Positions 39,723 through 53,982 of a stretch of 64,000 nucleotides of DNA are shown in pieces. Where the stretch lies: the NCBI GenBank assembly GCA_964016885.1, contig OZ024742.1, positions 37,262,001-37,326,000 of the forward strand, given 5' to 3'. How positions within the stretch are numbered: position 1 is the stretch's first letter; every line of letters begins with the position of its first letter. This DNA comes from Eledone cirrhosa (taxonomy: Eukaryota). The translations under genes and the position numbers were made by a program. A model generated the notes under the pieces. That model searched no databases. It saw nothing but the letters and a program-made list of their open reading frames with translations, and was not told the DNA's origin.

Positions 39723-41594
39723 ATATATATATATGATACAAAAATGTTTTTCTTTTAGTGTTTATATTTATCTAAAAATGTTCCATATATTTTATATAAG
39801 AGCCTTTGTTAAGTTCTGATTCAAATATCAACTTAATAATGAGAAAGTTAGTTATATTACTAAATTTCTCTAAATGATTTGAAAATTATAGGTTGTGTCT
39901 TTCATTAGAAATATGATATCAAAAGGATTAAAATATTTATACTTATCTAAAAACCTTCCTAATTCTATGTAAGAGCCTTTGTTATATTCCAAACACCAGA
40001 TAGATAATGAGAAAATTAGTTATATTCTAGAATTTCAAATTATTTGAAAATCATAAGGCAGTGTCTTTCATTAGAAATATGGTAACAAAAGGGTTAAATT
40101 TATCCAACCAAACAGTCTAGAGACCTCAACTTATTTTGACAGAATAACAATTAACATTTTCATGCAATTCGCTTTCAAATCTTATATTTTATTGCAATAG
40201 TGATAAATTACAAAAAGCTATATATATATAATGGTTGAATAATTATATACCTACATGTATATACATATCTATGTACATTTTACAATTGTTAACCCTTGTT
40301 AGTGGAATAGTTTTGTTTTAAATTTGATATTTTGTTTGGCTTAAATACAATGCTCCAGCTTGGTGTTACCTGAGATGACCCAAAACTAAACTGAAGAACT
40401 CATTATTGGAGCACCCCGTTATTTTAATTGAATCCCATTTGTATGAAATGAAATGAAAAATTAAATTTACAGCTCACACCTATGTAGGTTTAGCTGGCTT
40501 CTTTGGTGTTGAAATGAAAGGGGCATGATCCTATCATACACACGTTTGTTGTAACAGCTCACACCTGTGTAGGTTTGGCAAGCTTCTTTTGAGGTTGTAT
40601 CTCATAGGAGGTTTCTTTGGTGTTTTAATGATAGGGACTGCAGTCCTATCATAAAAAGCAATGTGAAATGAAGTGTCTTGCTCAAAAACACAATGCACTG
40701 CCTGGTGCAGGAATCAAACCCATGATCCATGATTACAAATTCAACACCCTAAACTCTAGGCCATGCATCCACACATTTGTATGATCACTGAGCAGTGAAC
40801 TTTCTGGTCATTTGGTTTGACTGAAATGGACAGTTACATGTGTATGTGTTAATTAGGGGTTTAAACACAACACAGTCAGCTCTTGTGTTGTGAGGTTTGA
40901 ATTTACAACAGTGCTCAGTTCAAACTGAATGGGCAGTTGTATGTGTTTGTGTGTGTATATATATTAGAGGGAAACACAACACATCTATTGTGAGATTTGA
41001 ATCTACAACATCTTCATTGTGAGTTCAAACCAAAGTTAGAACTAATGAAATAATGAAAAACCAAAAAGAAAAAATATATATATGCAAGATATTTGCTTTG
41101 AAAAAAGTAAATTGTGGACAGCACAAAACTAACTCCTCCTATTCCCTTTATTTATTAACAGTTCCCCCTTCTTCTCCTAATGGAACAATGATATTTGTAA
41201 CTTATCCCCTTCCCTCTCTCTAGTCACACACACACACAGTCTTTCTCTCTCTCTGCCTATCTTTCTAGTCACACTCGATATATTGCAGTTTTAAATTGGT
41301 GCAAAATAATATCTTGAGTAAAAAAGAAAAGAAAAAAAAAAGAATATTTAATGAAATTGATGAATTAATAATGTTGTTGGTGCTGTATTTCGTTGTTTCG
41401 AAGAAGGAAAGGAAATATGTTGAAAATTCTTGGAGTCAAATGGAATATTCTCTGTTTGATATGTTTAACTTGACTGGAAGTGAGGGCTCCTTTTGTGTAA
41501 ATTTTGATAACAATGGTGATGGGAGTAAGTAAGAGCAGCATAGAGAGCTGACAATGGTGGGACTGGGTTACCTTATTATGGACTCCATAGAGGG

Positions 41595-41960
41595 CTTCAG
41601 AGTGATAGAACTTAAGTTAACTTTGTTATGACAGTATAAATGGCTGCCAGTGATGGGACTAAAGTTAACTGTGTCATGGCAGTAGGCTGCCAGAGATGGG
41701 ACTAAAGTTAACTTTGTCATGGCAGTTGGCTGCCAGTGATGGGACTAAAGTTAACTGTGTCATGGCAGTTGGCTGCCAGTGATGGGACTAAAGTTAACTG
41801 TCATGACAGTAGGCTGCCAGTGATGGGACTAAAGTTAATTGTGTCATGACAGCATAAATGGCTAACTAAATATCTAACAGAATATTTAAGAGCACTATAG
41901 GGGACTGCCAGTGATGAACTGAGTTAACTATGTAAGGACACCATAGAGGGCTGCAAGTTA
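41595..41960 (+). repeat. Minisatellite, ~40-43 bp unit
   Basis: GGCTGCCAGTGATGGGACTAAAGTTAACTGTGTCATGGCAGT repeated about 7-8 times. Confidence 0.9.
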
Positions 41961-43699
41961 ACTAGGTAAATACGTAAAGGCATTTTAGGGGGCTGTTCAG
42001 GCTGCAGCAATAGAGGTGGTGGTAGTGGTGCTACTGCCGTTGTAGTAGTAAAATGTGAGGTAATGATACTTGTCATGGAACTCGAAGTGTTTTGTTAAAT
42101 CTATCTAAAAAAAAGTCTTGTGTAAAGACCTGCCTTGTACTGCACATTTGGAGTCAAGAGTAGCTAACTTAATCAATAATCATTTCTTTTTTTAAATGAG
42201 GGAACTTAAGCAGTTTTGGTACCTAACATTCAAAAACATGCAGCACACACACACACATTTGTGTGTATGTGTATACATATAGTATATGTGTGTAATATAT
42301 ATATATATTTATTTATACACACATATATTTGTATATATATCATTTATACACAAATCTGTGTGTGCATATATATATATTTATATACACATACGTATTAAAA
42401 AAAGTTGATGGTTCATCATGAGATTGGCAATATTTCTTTTCCTACACTTTTGTTCGATATATCTTTTTAGATTTTGTGAGATTCTAGTGTGGCTGTTTGT
42501 CTCCAATGTTAAAAAAAATACAAAAAATAAATATTAAAAATAATAACATTCAAATAAAGGAATGAAAGCTTGTCTTCTTTGGCAGACACTGGTGGTTAAA
42601 TCTACTGACTTTACCATCAGAGGTTGTACCATTGGGTGGGGGTTGAAAAAGCAATGCTTTGATGTGATATTTTTAGCCTTAAAAATCAATCAATATTATG
42701 AAATCAATCAATGAAATAAGAAAAATTAATGTGGACAGGGGAATGGAAGTGGGGGTAAGGTGGGTAGAAGGAAAAAGAAGTGATGCAATGAGATGATATG
42801 TCTTGCTTTACTCTTTCTTTTTCACTGCCTCTCTCTTAACCCTTGCCATACAGAGATGACCTCAACCAGTTATTTTCAAGAGGTTAAAAAAATTAAACCC
42901 ACAAACAATACAAAACAAGTGACAGTATGTTCCTCTTTATTTTATTTTTTTCTTTCAACATTTTTTCTAAGTTATAATAAAATATTGCTATAAAACGTTG
43001 TTACCTTTTCAATAAAGTGTTCTATAATTTATATATGTATACACACACGCATTATTAATACAGGAATTCTTTGTCTGAAGCTTCAAAACTTCCGGTAATG
43101 CATGTATTTGAAAAAAAAGAATAGATGCACACTTTCTTTCATCTATTTATATATATATCAATCGATGCAAGTGAAGAAGTCCATGTAAAAAGGTGAAAAT
43201 TCTGATATATACACGCATGTAAGTGTGTGTATATATAACTTATTTTATTTTTAATTGATTATTATAGAAGATATATTTTGTACTGACAGGAGGGAGAGAA
43301 CTCATGGTGGAGTTGCTTATGTCTGTGGCCTATCCTATAGTTTACCGAGGTGGTCTTCACCCACTTGTTCTCCCGAAAGGGTTGTGGGGGAAGAGTCCTC
43401 AAACACTCCTTGCAGTGGGTCCTGTCAGAAGCAGCAACCGTCTCCAATTGATCTGGCTGGATCCCCAAGTGAGACCAGCCAAGCTCATGGATGTTATCCA
43501 TCTCGCCAGTTGGTTTTGCCTGTCAAATCTGCCTAATGATTCTTTCCTGCGACATTCTAACCACATGGCCATAGTAATGGATTAACTTCCTTGTGGTATT
43601 TAGTTATAACAGGAGTCCCAATCGTGTCATAGTTGACCTTTCATTCTTCAGGTATTTAGAGAGAACAGCAATGTAATCTGTCACTCTGCATTCCTATAA

Positions 43700-44692
43700 A
43701 AAAAATTTCAGGACTAATTCTGTAGCAAGCCAACGCAGTGACCATGTGCTGAATGACATCACTGTGTTCACTTTGCAAGTTGTAAAGTTTGTGTTCACGT
43801 GTATGCTGTAGCCTGCAATTTTGTCATGAACAGGAAGTTAGAACAAAGAATGCTGTGAAATTTTGCATTCAACTACATAGACTTTGGCAAGCTTAGTGAC
43901 AAGGCAATCGGTTATACACAATGTTTCAAGTGGCACAGCTTTTCAAAAGTAGAAGATGAATGATCTGGAAGACCTGCCATGAGCGTCACCCCAGGAAATG
44001 TGGAGAAAATTAATCAGCTTGTGCATGAGGATCGTTAGTGGACAATCAATGATATAACTGTTGGTTTCCTATGGGTTCGTGCAGGCAACCCCAACGTCTG
44101 AATTGAACATGCAGCAAGTTGCTGCCAAGACCCCCCCCCCCCCCCCCCCCACATCGAAGTCTGTCAGCGTGCCACTGACCCACCCTTCATGTTGATCTGG
44201 TGATGAGAGTTAGGTCTACATGTATGACTTGGAGGAAAAGGCCTTTATCTTCACAATTGAAGAAGGCATGACAGAGCTGCAGCTCAACTACATCTGCAGT
44301 ATTGTGCATTTAAAATTCATCCCACAGGACCAGACTGTCAATTGATAGTTCTACTGCAACGTTTTGAGAGAGGATGTTTAGTGAAAGCAACTGGATCTGT
44401 CGAGTTGGATTCTTCATGACAATGTACCGCCACCAAGCTCTCCTCACTCGTGAGTTTCTTGCTAAAAATCGTATTGGTTCCACATCCACCCTATTGACCA
44501 GATTTGGCACTTGCGGACTTCCATCTCTTCTCCAAGATGAAAATACAGCTCAAAGGTCACCGAGATCCAGAGCAAATTGCAGGTCCTCAACTCATTTATG
44601 GAAAACAACTTCCAGGCTGGAACCAGTGTATTTCAAAGGAGATGATGTTAAAACATAACTAATCTGGGAACTTTTTGATACCATCTTGTATA
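43700..44692 (+). mobile_element. Decayed mariner transposon
   Basis: Remnants EQR..VKFC, HDN(V)P and PPY*PDLA..D; right end GAACTTTTTGATACCATCTTGTA. Confidence 0.7.
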
Positions 44693-47596
44693 TAAATGAA
44701 TGTACATGGTTAACAGCACCACCTATCCCTCAATTCTTAAAGGTTTAGCAGTGTGTGTGTGTGCATGCATGCAAAAATAAAATTCTATAGATTGAACCCA
44801 TAACCAACCAATCTATCAAAAATAAAATATTACACTTATAATGCAGAACCAATATTCAATTCTGCTTCTATAGTATTGAGATATTTTCTGAAGATGCTAT
44901 ACAGTGCAATCAAACTGCAATTAGGATGTAAGAAATTTTGAAATATTTCATACAAATTCAATTCAAAGCTTCCACAATAGCACATTACTGCTTGCTAGTA
45001 GTTTGCTCTTATGTGATGTAGTTTTTCAGTAGGTTTAGTCATTTCAATTATGTAGGAACTGGAAAAGTTAATAGTTAAATCTGAATAATCTAGACTATTG
45101 GAGCTGACAATGCTAGTGTGACAGTAGGAATTAACAATGGTGTCTGTCAGATAAAAAAAAGTTACATCATAGCTTCAGTTTAGATGTGAATGTCATATTT
45201 TGCAATTGGCAGTATCCTATCCATGTGTTGAATATCTCTCCAGAAACTAAAGTTTTTGCTCCCACAAAATTCTAAGTGGTTTTCCCTCTCTTCAACCAGT
45301 TGGATTTTGCTACAAATAAAGAACTATTGAGGATTTTAAGCATGTATGTATATCTAATTTAGAATAGGTACAGTCTTAATAAGTGACATTAAAGCACTTG
45401 TTTAAAATAAAGGTGTACATAAAAGCATGTTTTATATAGACCTACCGCTGTGTACAACTCTAACCTTAATCTGGCTGTGTGCGCGCTACTACTGATTAAA
45501 TGTGCGTATATATATATTTCATTAAATTTTGCATGCATTGTCATTTCCTCCTTTTCTATGTACCTGCTTTTGCTTGTATATGTCACCCAGCCAATGTTTT
45601 CTTCCACTTAGAACTCTTGGCACTTTACCTACCTGTTATCATCCATCCCCATTATATGTCCATACAAAATATCCTTTAAACCGGCCAGAATTCTCTCAGC
45701 TTTCTGTTCAAACCGGCCATAACTGACTTTAAGGTATTGTTCTCAAAATAAATAGTATCACAATCTCATAGACTCGATATTATGCGAAGTAAAGCCTTTT
45801 CTCTGAAAATACAATAGTAAATATAGAGTAATGTGAATGCTAAAAGGTTAAATCCTTTGGTATGGGAGATCTGTCAAGATTGACCAAATATTGGAATAGT
45901 CTGTTGCATACAAACAATTACAGAGGCTAAAAATAAAATTCCTTTAGGAAATAAACCAACAAATTTTACAGGGAAAAGCTGGGAAAATCACATTTTAATC
46001 CCAAGAATTTATTGTCAGAAGTGTGCTTGGAATTTAACTACTACCCCCTACTGAACCAGTGCAGCCAATCATTGTCCCAGGCACACTGGTAGGGTGTAGG
46101 TACAAGCCCATTGTCTTCTGGATAAATAAAAACATTAAAACAAGAAGAATTGAAAGGAAGCTAACATGATGGGGAGGGGGTAAGGAAAAACACTACTCAG
46201 CAAGTAAACATCAGTTTATAAAATCAGCAGCTACAATGTGACAGTGTAATGTTTGCTGAGTAGAGAAGGGTCAACGACAGAGTACAAGACTCCCCCCCCC
46301 CCGACACGACACCAGTTCATCGCAGGGTTAACTCTTAGCTGCTGCTGCTAGTGGTGGTGCTTGTGGTACTCATTTTGGCCAGCTGAGTTGACTAGAGTAA
46401 CATGAAATAAAGTGCTTTTCTCAAGGACACAATGTGCTGCCTAGCCCTGGAATCAGCAGATTGGTCAGCTGAGAGAGATAGAGTGAGAAACAGGCAAATA
46501 GAGAGAGGGAATCATTTGTGTTGAATGGTCAAGCATTCAATTGTTTCTACTTTTGGCACACGACCAGCAATTACCCAGTACATTACTGGTGCTTTATTTT
46601 ATCGATCCAGTAAGGATGACAGGCAAAGTTAACCTCGGCGGGATTCGAATTCAGAACGCAAAGGGCCATAATTCTATGCTGCACAGCTTGGTGTCAGATG
46701 TTCTACCGATACTGCCAATCCACCAAGCATTCAATAATAGACAGCTAGGAGCATTGGCTAGAAATAATGGCTGTACAAAGTTGTCAGCTGAGAGAGAGAA
46801 TCCTTGCTACTGAATGAATGGTCAAGCAGTGAAGGATAATAGACTACTTAAAGTGAGTTTACTGGCCAGTTGGTCGATTAAAAAGGTGAGGACCAGTAAG
46901 CTAAATGGTGGAATGAAAGGTCATCTCGGTTGTTTACCAATGGAATAGCTTGCACCTGCAATTAACGTGTAAGTGGCTGAGCTTTCTACAGAAATGTGAA
47001 CCCTTAACATAGTCCTTAGGGAGATTTCGTGGGACACAGTGCGACAAGGCTGGCCCTTTGTACAATCCATCTTGTACTTGAGTGTAAGTGGCTGAGTATT
47101 CCAGACATGTGGACTGTTAACATAATTCTCAGGGAAATTCAACGTGACAGTGACGAGGCTGGATGGGTACAATCCATCTGACAGGCTTCTGAACAGTTGC
47201 TGTCTACTCAATTTCACTCACAAAGTTTGGGTTGACTCGAGGCTAAAGTAAATGACATTTGTCCATGTTGCCATACAGTGAGATCGAACCCAGGACCTTA
47301 TGATTGAGGAGACAACTCCTTAGTTCATGTGGACAAATCATGGCTGAATGGCTGAGTAATAGCTGATCTAACCAATTAGTAGTAATAACAGTAGCAGTAG
47401 AATCTGAATTAGCTAGTTGACTGTAAATGAATGACATTATTATAATTATTATTATATATAAATTGAGTACTGCTGTGTGGAGGGAGGGGAATAGAGGAAG
47501 AAATGGTGAGAGAAAGAGGAGTGATTAAGATGACATTGATGATGGTAATGAAGATGATGGTGATGATGAAAACAATCATGGTTAGTTATGTCCAGT

Positions 47597-47690
47597 TTAC
47601 TGAGCCTTCTTGTCTCCTGTTGAACTACTTCCACTACCTCCACTGACTGCTGAGCTGTCCACTGCTGGTTTGTCACTGTGGTCTTCATAA
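47597..47690 (-). CDS. HM13: Signal peptide peptidase, last coding exon
   Basis: ttgtag/T; YEDHSDKP...GDKKAQ-TAA, with a KKxx ER-retrieval motif. Confidence 0.88.
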
Positions 47691-48049
47691 CTACAACAAA
47701 ACAATAAATAATTCACATACAGTTCAACATTTACTAATTAATACTTTTTTTCATTAATTTTTTAAAAGTAAATACTAAGGTTACGAAAATTTGTTTGGAT
47801 AAAACGATAAATTAAAAGCAAGTATTTTCTTTTTGTTTATTCATACAATTTATTACCTCACAGTACAATTATTACGTTGTTTTTATTATTAATTTCTTTT
47901 CAAACAGATTCTTTGGTATTGATTGAAGGTTTGGAATAAATAGTCCTTAAATTCATATATTTTAACAAGAACCAACATCTAAATATACATAATATATTAG
48001 CCAGCAGCAGCAGTGTTGGTCAGTCATACACAGAGCACATGTACATATA

Positions 48050-49057
48050 TCTATATATGTAAAGTTGTAGTTCCTGTTTGTTTGTTTGTTTGTTAACAAA
48101 CTCCTATGGTTTTTCAGATAGATCCTCATGGGTACTTGGATAAGTATATTTCATTTTACGCAAAGGGTTCCCTGGGGGCACAAACCCCACTGAAAATGTT
48201 TTCCCTTCAATATATACGAAATTTAAACCATAGGTAAATGACATGATATGATGCCTAATCACAACATTTCAGCAAATTTCAATAATATTAAGACACCCTA
48301 ATGAGGGTTAAACCCCCTATAGTGAAAATTTGGGCCAATAAATGGAACAAGATGTGTTGTAACAAGATTGCATGAGAAGTTGATTGAAGTAATCATTATA
48401 TTCGGGGCTTACAAAGGTCAAGCCCTTCTCATTCCGAGGATTCCACTTATACCAAGTGATAGCGAGTTGCCTTTTACATTTAAGAGGCTGCAGTTCCCAG
48501 TGAGGCCATGCTTTGCCATGAACATCAATAAGAGTCAAGGTCAAACTTTCAAAACTATTGGTATAGATCTGACAAACCCATGTTTCAGTCATGGCATGTT
48601 TTATGTGGCTGTTTCAAGGACTGGAACTTCAAAAAAATCTCTGCATTTTAGCCAATCAAAGAAAGATAAGAAATGTTGTTTACCCTGAAGTTCTTCATTA
48701 GGACAAAGTATGAAATATATTTTCATGTATTTATTATGTTAAAAAATAAATAATTAAACTTTGAATTTCTAATTTGAAAATAATGCTTTACGCAAAAATG
48801 AAATGATCTAGTTTTGAATTGATATTTTGAAAAAAATTATTTACAAGAAACAAAATAAGAATAAGATTTAATAATGTAATTTTGATTTGATACATTACAA
48901 AAAATGTTTTCCAATTTTTCATGCATTACATTTTACATTGAGTAATATTAAAATGCAGAGTTTTTCTCCATAAATTATATCACTGATTTAAAATCAATCA
49001 TCATTTTCTTACAAAAAAAATGTGTGAAATGCAGCAAGGTGAGGGTAATTCGGCTAG
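48050..49057 (+). mobile_element. Non-autonomous Helitron with a PIF1-helicase C-terminal fragment
   Basis: 5' TC, 3' CTAG, inserted between A and T. ORF 48368..48688 contains IPRIPL..FKRLQFPVRPCFAMNINKSQGQT..CFSHGMFYVAVSR. Confidence 0.88.
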
Positions 49058-49119
49058 TATATATATATATAAAACATTATAGCCAGTAGCAGCAGTGTTG
49101 ATCAGTCAGACATACACAG

Positions 49120-50245
49120 ACTACTTAGACTCAGAAGCTCCCATGTATTGAGATGCATGAGGCAGCCAAAATGCTCCAATAACCACGGTCAGTTGTATCG
49201 TTCAATACATCGCTCCAAATTTTGTTGATAGGTCCCTATTGATTGTCTGCAGCCAGTTCATCTTGGGACACCCTCTCTGCCTCTTTCCATGGGGGCACCA
49301 ATACAAGACCTGATTAGCACTTAGGAGTTGTGTGACGTGTCCCAACCAGCCAAGTCAATGCTTACACACGATGTTAGACATGTCCATGAGTTCGCCGATT
49401 GACTTCTTTATTGGTGATGAAGTCATCCCACCTTCGTAGGCATTTGTTGTCAAAAGCATCTAATTGGCTCTCTTGGTTGATCTTCACATGCCACGTTTCA
49501 CACCCATGCAGGAGTGTTGAAAGCAAAAGTTTTTTCCTTCTCCATATCTTGTTGAGTTGCTTAAAGGCAACCAAAGCTTTGCCCTATTCTGCAATTAATT
49601 TCCTTCACCATGTCCCCACTTCTGTTGATAGAGCTTTCGATTGATGTAGATGTTCGTTAGTGATGGATGTATACCAACTAGCATGTCTTTTTGACACTGA
49701 TGTGGGGACCAATGCTGGCTGCAGATGACCCTGTCACATCTATCAGATACTGCAACTTGGATGTATTTTTGGTCTTGGCCACAATATCATCTGCAAAGTC
49801 AAGGCCTGAGAGCTGTTCCCTTAGCCAGTCAATCCCTTTATCTTCTGTTGCCCTATTGAGAATTCAGTCAATGGCCAAAGCAAAGAGAATTGGAGGCAGA
49901 GGGCATCCTTGGCAAACTCCTGTGATGACCTCAACCACTCACTATAGCCACCCTCAGTTCTTATGCAGCATTTTGAACCAGTGTATAAATCCTTGATAGC
50001 CGAGACAACCTTGGATGGTATGCCATGAGCTTACATGATGTTCCATAAGGATGGTCTGTGTAGGCTATCAAATGCTTTAGTAAAGTCAATGAATATGACA
50101 ACATGTAGTACTTGAAATTCATTGTATTTCTTGATACATCGTAGAGTAAATATTTGATTGGCACAGGAGCGTTTGGGTTAGATTCCAGCTAGTTGCCCAC
50201 GTAAGACAAGATTGATTTCATCTTTCCTTTGATTCAGGATAACCC
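49120..50245 (-). mobile_element. Degraded LINE RT fragment
   Basis: Remnants of QIF, GVCQGCPL, DFADD, TLLHGCETW and FDNKCLRR. Confidence 0.75.
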
Positions 50246-50554
50246 AGCAGTACACATACATACGTATAACATTATAATAGCCAATATCCAGCAACGTTGG
50301 TCAGTCACACACATTACATGTACATATATATATATAACATAATTGTTTCTACTTTTGGCACAATGCCAGCAATTACCCAGTACATTACTGGTACTTTATT
50401 TTATCGACCCTGTAAGGATGAAAAGCAAAGTTAAGCTCGACGGGATTTGAACTCAGACCATAAAGGGACGTAACTATGTTGGAAAGCATGGCGTCCGATC
50501 CTCCACCGATTAACATTATAATAACAAGTAGCCAGCAGTGTTGGCCAGTCTTAC

Positions 50555-50640
50555 CTGAACAATTCTTTAATTTCTCCCCTAAGTAGAGCTACACTGACAG
50601 GAACACCTATACAGGCTGGTACCAAGTACAGCAATGCAGG
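50555..50640 (-). CDS. HM13: Signal peptide peptidase exon (PAL motif)
   Basis: PALLYLVPACIGVPVSVALLRGEIKELF; AG/GT boundaries; 86 nt. Confidence 0.95.
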
Positions 50641-51159
50641 CTGCAATAGACAACATTCACATTGGCATCAGAGAACAATACATTTTAAAAGGGAACATAT
50701 AGTTGACAATGGGATCAGAGGGAGTTGTCATGAGAATTAGAGTAAAGACTATGTGGTACAGAATATTAACTTAACGGGAATTGATAGAACAATCTCAGTT
50801 TAAAGAGGGAGTTGACAGGAAAGAGCACCGATTACAGGAGAAAATGTTAGAAAAGTCTGCAAAATAATAAAAGACTGTCAAAGAATATCATCATCATCAT
50901 CATATGTGGTAGCTAAAGAGATAAATGTTCTATTTGGTGTGTAATGAAAATTATGATGACAGATTATGTGAGAAAGAGAGGGGCTGGACATTACTTAATG
51001 ACAAAAGACAACTGTCTTAGTAGTAATAAATAATAATAATAATGAAATTATTGTGTAAAGTGTTCAGGTGCACTACAACTCGTCAAAGGTGCATGTATAG
51101 TACATAGAATAATAAACCTGTGATGAGTGTTGTATAATTGTCAGTGGGGACAAAGGAAG

Positions 51160-52197
51160 ATGTGGTAGAACCAGTGTGATCCAATTTGCTGATCTGTCAA
51201 CACGTGACAAGATGCAGGGTTACGCATCAAAGTTTGTGTTAAATTTAAGAAAACTGAACTAGAAGCTTATGGAATATTAGAGGAAGCCTATGGGGGTGAA
51301 TTGATGAGCGAAGCAAATTTCTATGACTGGTTTAAACCAGGGGTGTGCATCATATTCCATTGGCGGGCCACTTTTGAACATTGGAATAGCGCTTAATAAA
51401 TATTAATGGCCCTAATAGTTGTTCCAAAGATTCACAACTGTTGCACAGCCTTGGTTGAAACGATTTTCTGAAGGAAATGAACAGGTTGAGGATGAACACA
51501 GATCTGGAGCACTGAACAGCGCACAAAAGGAGGGAAACATTGAGAAAGTGTGAAGGTTAGTGACCCAAAACCATCCAGCAACTTGTGAGGATATCTGAAG
51601 CTGTTGGTATTAGTATTGGCACAGTAGAGACAATTCTGACCAAAGATCTGGAGCTCCACAAAGTCTGTGCCAAGTTTGTACCAAAGATCTGCTATGATGA
51701 CCAGCACATGTCCTTCCCCAGGCCCAAGAAGGCAAAGATGAGCAGGTCATAAGAGAAGGCCATGGTCATTTCTTTCTTTGATTTCCATGCACTAATTAAT
51801 GTTGAATGGAATCCTGAGGGCCAAGCTGTCAATAAGGAGTATTACCTTGAAGTTCTGAAATAGTTCAGATAGAGGATGAGGAAGAAGGGGCCACAACAGT
51901 GGAGAGTGGTAGTTCCACCAGGACAATGCCTGATGCCACAAGGCAATGATGGTGACCACCTAGGACTTCTTCCTGTTCCCATGCATGAAAGACAGCCTCA
52001 AAGACAACTCAAGAGTTGAAGGAGGCATTGACGAATTTCCTGATGGGACTGCAGAAGGACTGGGAGGTCTTCCAGGAGTGAGGAAGATGCCAACGCAGTG
52101 TAGATGCGAGAGGTCATTATTTTGAAGTTTTATAAGTTTATGAAAATAAATGTTTTTTTTCTGAAATTATCGCATTATTCATTGAACATACCCTGTA
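51160..52197 (+). mobile_element. Decayed mariner transposon
   Basis: Remnants KVCAKFVP, KEYYLEVL, HQDNA..H and DFFLFP; right end TTCATTGAACATACCCTGTA. Confidence 0.75.
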
Positions 52198-52449
52198 ATT
52201 AAAACCGTCATGAAACTTCATGCAATAAACCATCTCACAGCCGGCCAGTTAAATCTACATAGGTGTGAGCTGTAACAATAACATAATAAGACTAGGATCA
52301 TTATTAAAACACCCAATAAACCTACGAGATGTAACTACAGCTATCAGAGGTATGAACCATAACATCAATGCATGCTACCATGTGACACAAAACACAAACA
52401 TTACTGCCATCCCATAATCCAGTGAGAAGGGTATAGGTTTAATCCATAC

Positions 52450-52552
52450 CTGAGCATGTTTGAAAACGTGCATAACAAAAATAGTTGCTACTAATCCAAG
52501 GAAGTATGCGAGGAAACTGGAGTAGAAATAGGTTCGCGATCCTTTCTTCATA
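52450..52552 (-). CDS. HM13: Signal peptide peptidase exon
   Basis: MKKGSRTYFYSSFLAYFLGLVATIFVMHVFKHAQ; 103 nt. Confidence 0.95.
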
Positions 52553-52789
52553 CTGGAAAATAGATTAAAAAGTTAACAGTCTGGAATATATATATATACT
52601 TAGCAAGCTACCATACATTTCATTAGAGATAGATTAACTCATAATATCCTGTAATGATTCAGCAGAAAATATCTAAAAACAGGTTTGTTAATTACAATGT
52701 TTACAGTATCTTTAGTAGTAGACAGAACGTTGTGCAAAATTGCAGGATAAAAATAAAGACAAAGTTTTCATGTGATGCAGTCATAGAGC

Positions 52790-53748
52790 TGCTTTGTACT
52801 TCAAGAATGTTTTGCTATGTTGGTTCCATGCAGTACAAGACGTTCAACTGTCAGCAAGCTATCACGCACACAGACAAAGGAAAACCCCAGCAAAAGCATG
52901 AGGAAAATCGCCAAGGAACTGGGCACCAGCAGGCAAACTATTAGGTACATTGTCAAAGAGGACTTGAATTATAAATCTTATGTGCTCAAGAGGCACCACT
53001 TACTGAAGTGCAGAAGGAGGGGAGGAAGCTGAAGGCGTCGGCCATGATCAGCGACCTCAAGCACATGAGCACAGGGATGCTGAGCTTCTTTTCCGACGAG
53101 AAGAACTTTGCCCAGGACATGAAACCAAACCGACAGAATGACAGGTGGTTTGCTGAGTCTCCTGACAAATTATCTGTCATGTCATGGTGCTTGGCGTTGT
53201 TAACAGCGAGGGGGGATGTCATAGAACCTGTCTTCGTGCCTGACGGCTTCTGCCTTGGTGGCAATGGCTACATGAGGCTCCTGGTCGAGCACGTCAAGCT
53301 CTGGATGGATAGGGTGGCTAATGGGAGGCCTTATGTCTTTCAACAAAACTTTATCCTAACCAACAAGGCTAGGGCCACTCATGCTTTGCTCTTCACCAAT
53401 GTGCCATACCACTGGTCGCAAACTTATGCCTCCCCCCTCTCATCGCCAGACAGTAATCCTCTCAATTATTTTGTGCTGGGTGTCTTGGAGAGGGAGGTGA
53501 CCAGCAGGCCTTACAACATAAAGGAGGCTCTCAAGGCAGCCATCAGGGATGCTGTCACCAAGGCTTGCTCCAGCTTGCAGTTCCACTAGGAGAAAGTGGA
53601 CTGCCAATGGTGGCCACAATGAGTGATTTTTGTACCTTATATATGTGCCTAACAGTGTATAAAATTTAATTGAAATATATTAATTTGTTATATAAAAAAT
53701 GCTGTTTTATTATCCATTACTTTTTCGGATTTATCTGCGCCTCACTGT
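52790..53748 (+). mobile_element. Decayed Tc1/mariner-superfamily transposon (maT/DD37D-like)
   Basis: HTH SMRKIAKELG, FSDEKNF, YVFQQN and SPDSNPLNYFV. Confidence 0.78.
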
Positions 53749-53861
53749 TTATATTTCAACAAAGATAGATTTTAAAAAGTTATGGTAATGAAAGAGTTAA
53801 ATCTATATTTTATAGAGGTTTATAAGAACAAGTTTAATATGAAATTGTAATGTAAACTAAC

Positions 53862-53982
53862 CTGACATCAAATCTGAGCAGTAACGCAATGAATATTCCT
53901 GGAATAACAATATCCCCAAGTCCTAACATGGCAAAGTTGTCTGCTGCCAGTCCTTTCTCTAAGAAGTCTTGTGGGAACACCA
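53862..53982 (-). CDS. HM13: Signal peptide peptidase exon (catalytic GxGD)
   Basis: VFPQDFLEKG..NFAMLGLGDIVIPGIFIALLLRFDV; 121 nt. Confidence 0.97.

Noticed and set aside
44881-44926. CTGAAGA-TGC..GCA-ATCAAAC-TGCA-ATT hammerhead-like relic
   Set aside because: G12 and the stem III pair are missing and stem I is weak; at best a decayed copy.
40180-47596. Very long HM13 3' UTR ending at a minus-strand AATAAA near 40190
   Set aside because: Many candidate signals in AT-rich DNA; cannot be placed without transcript data.
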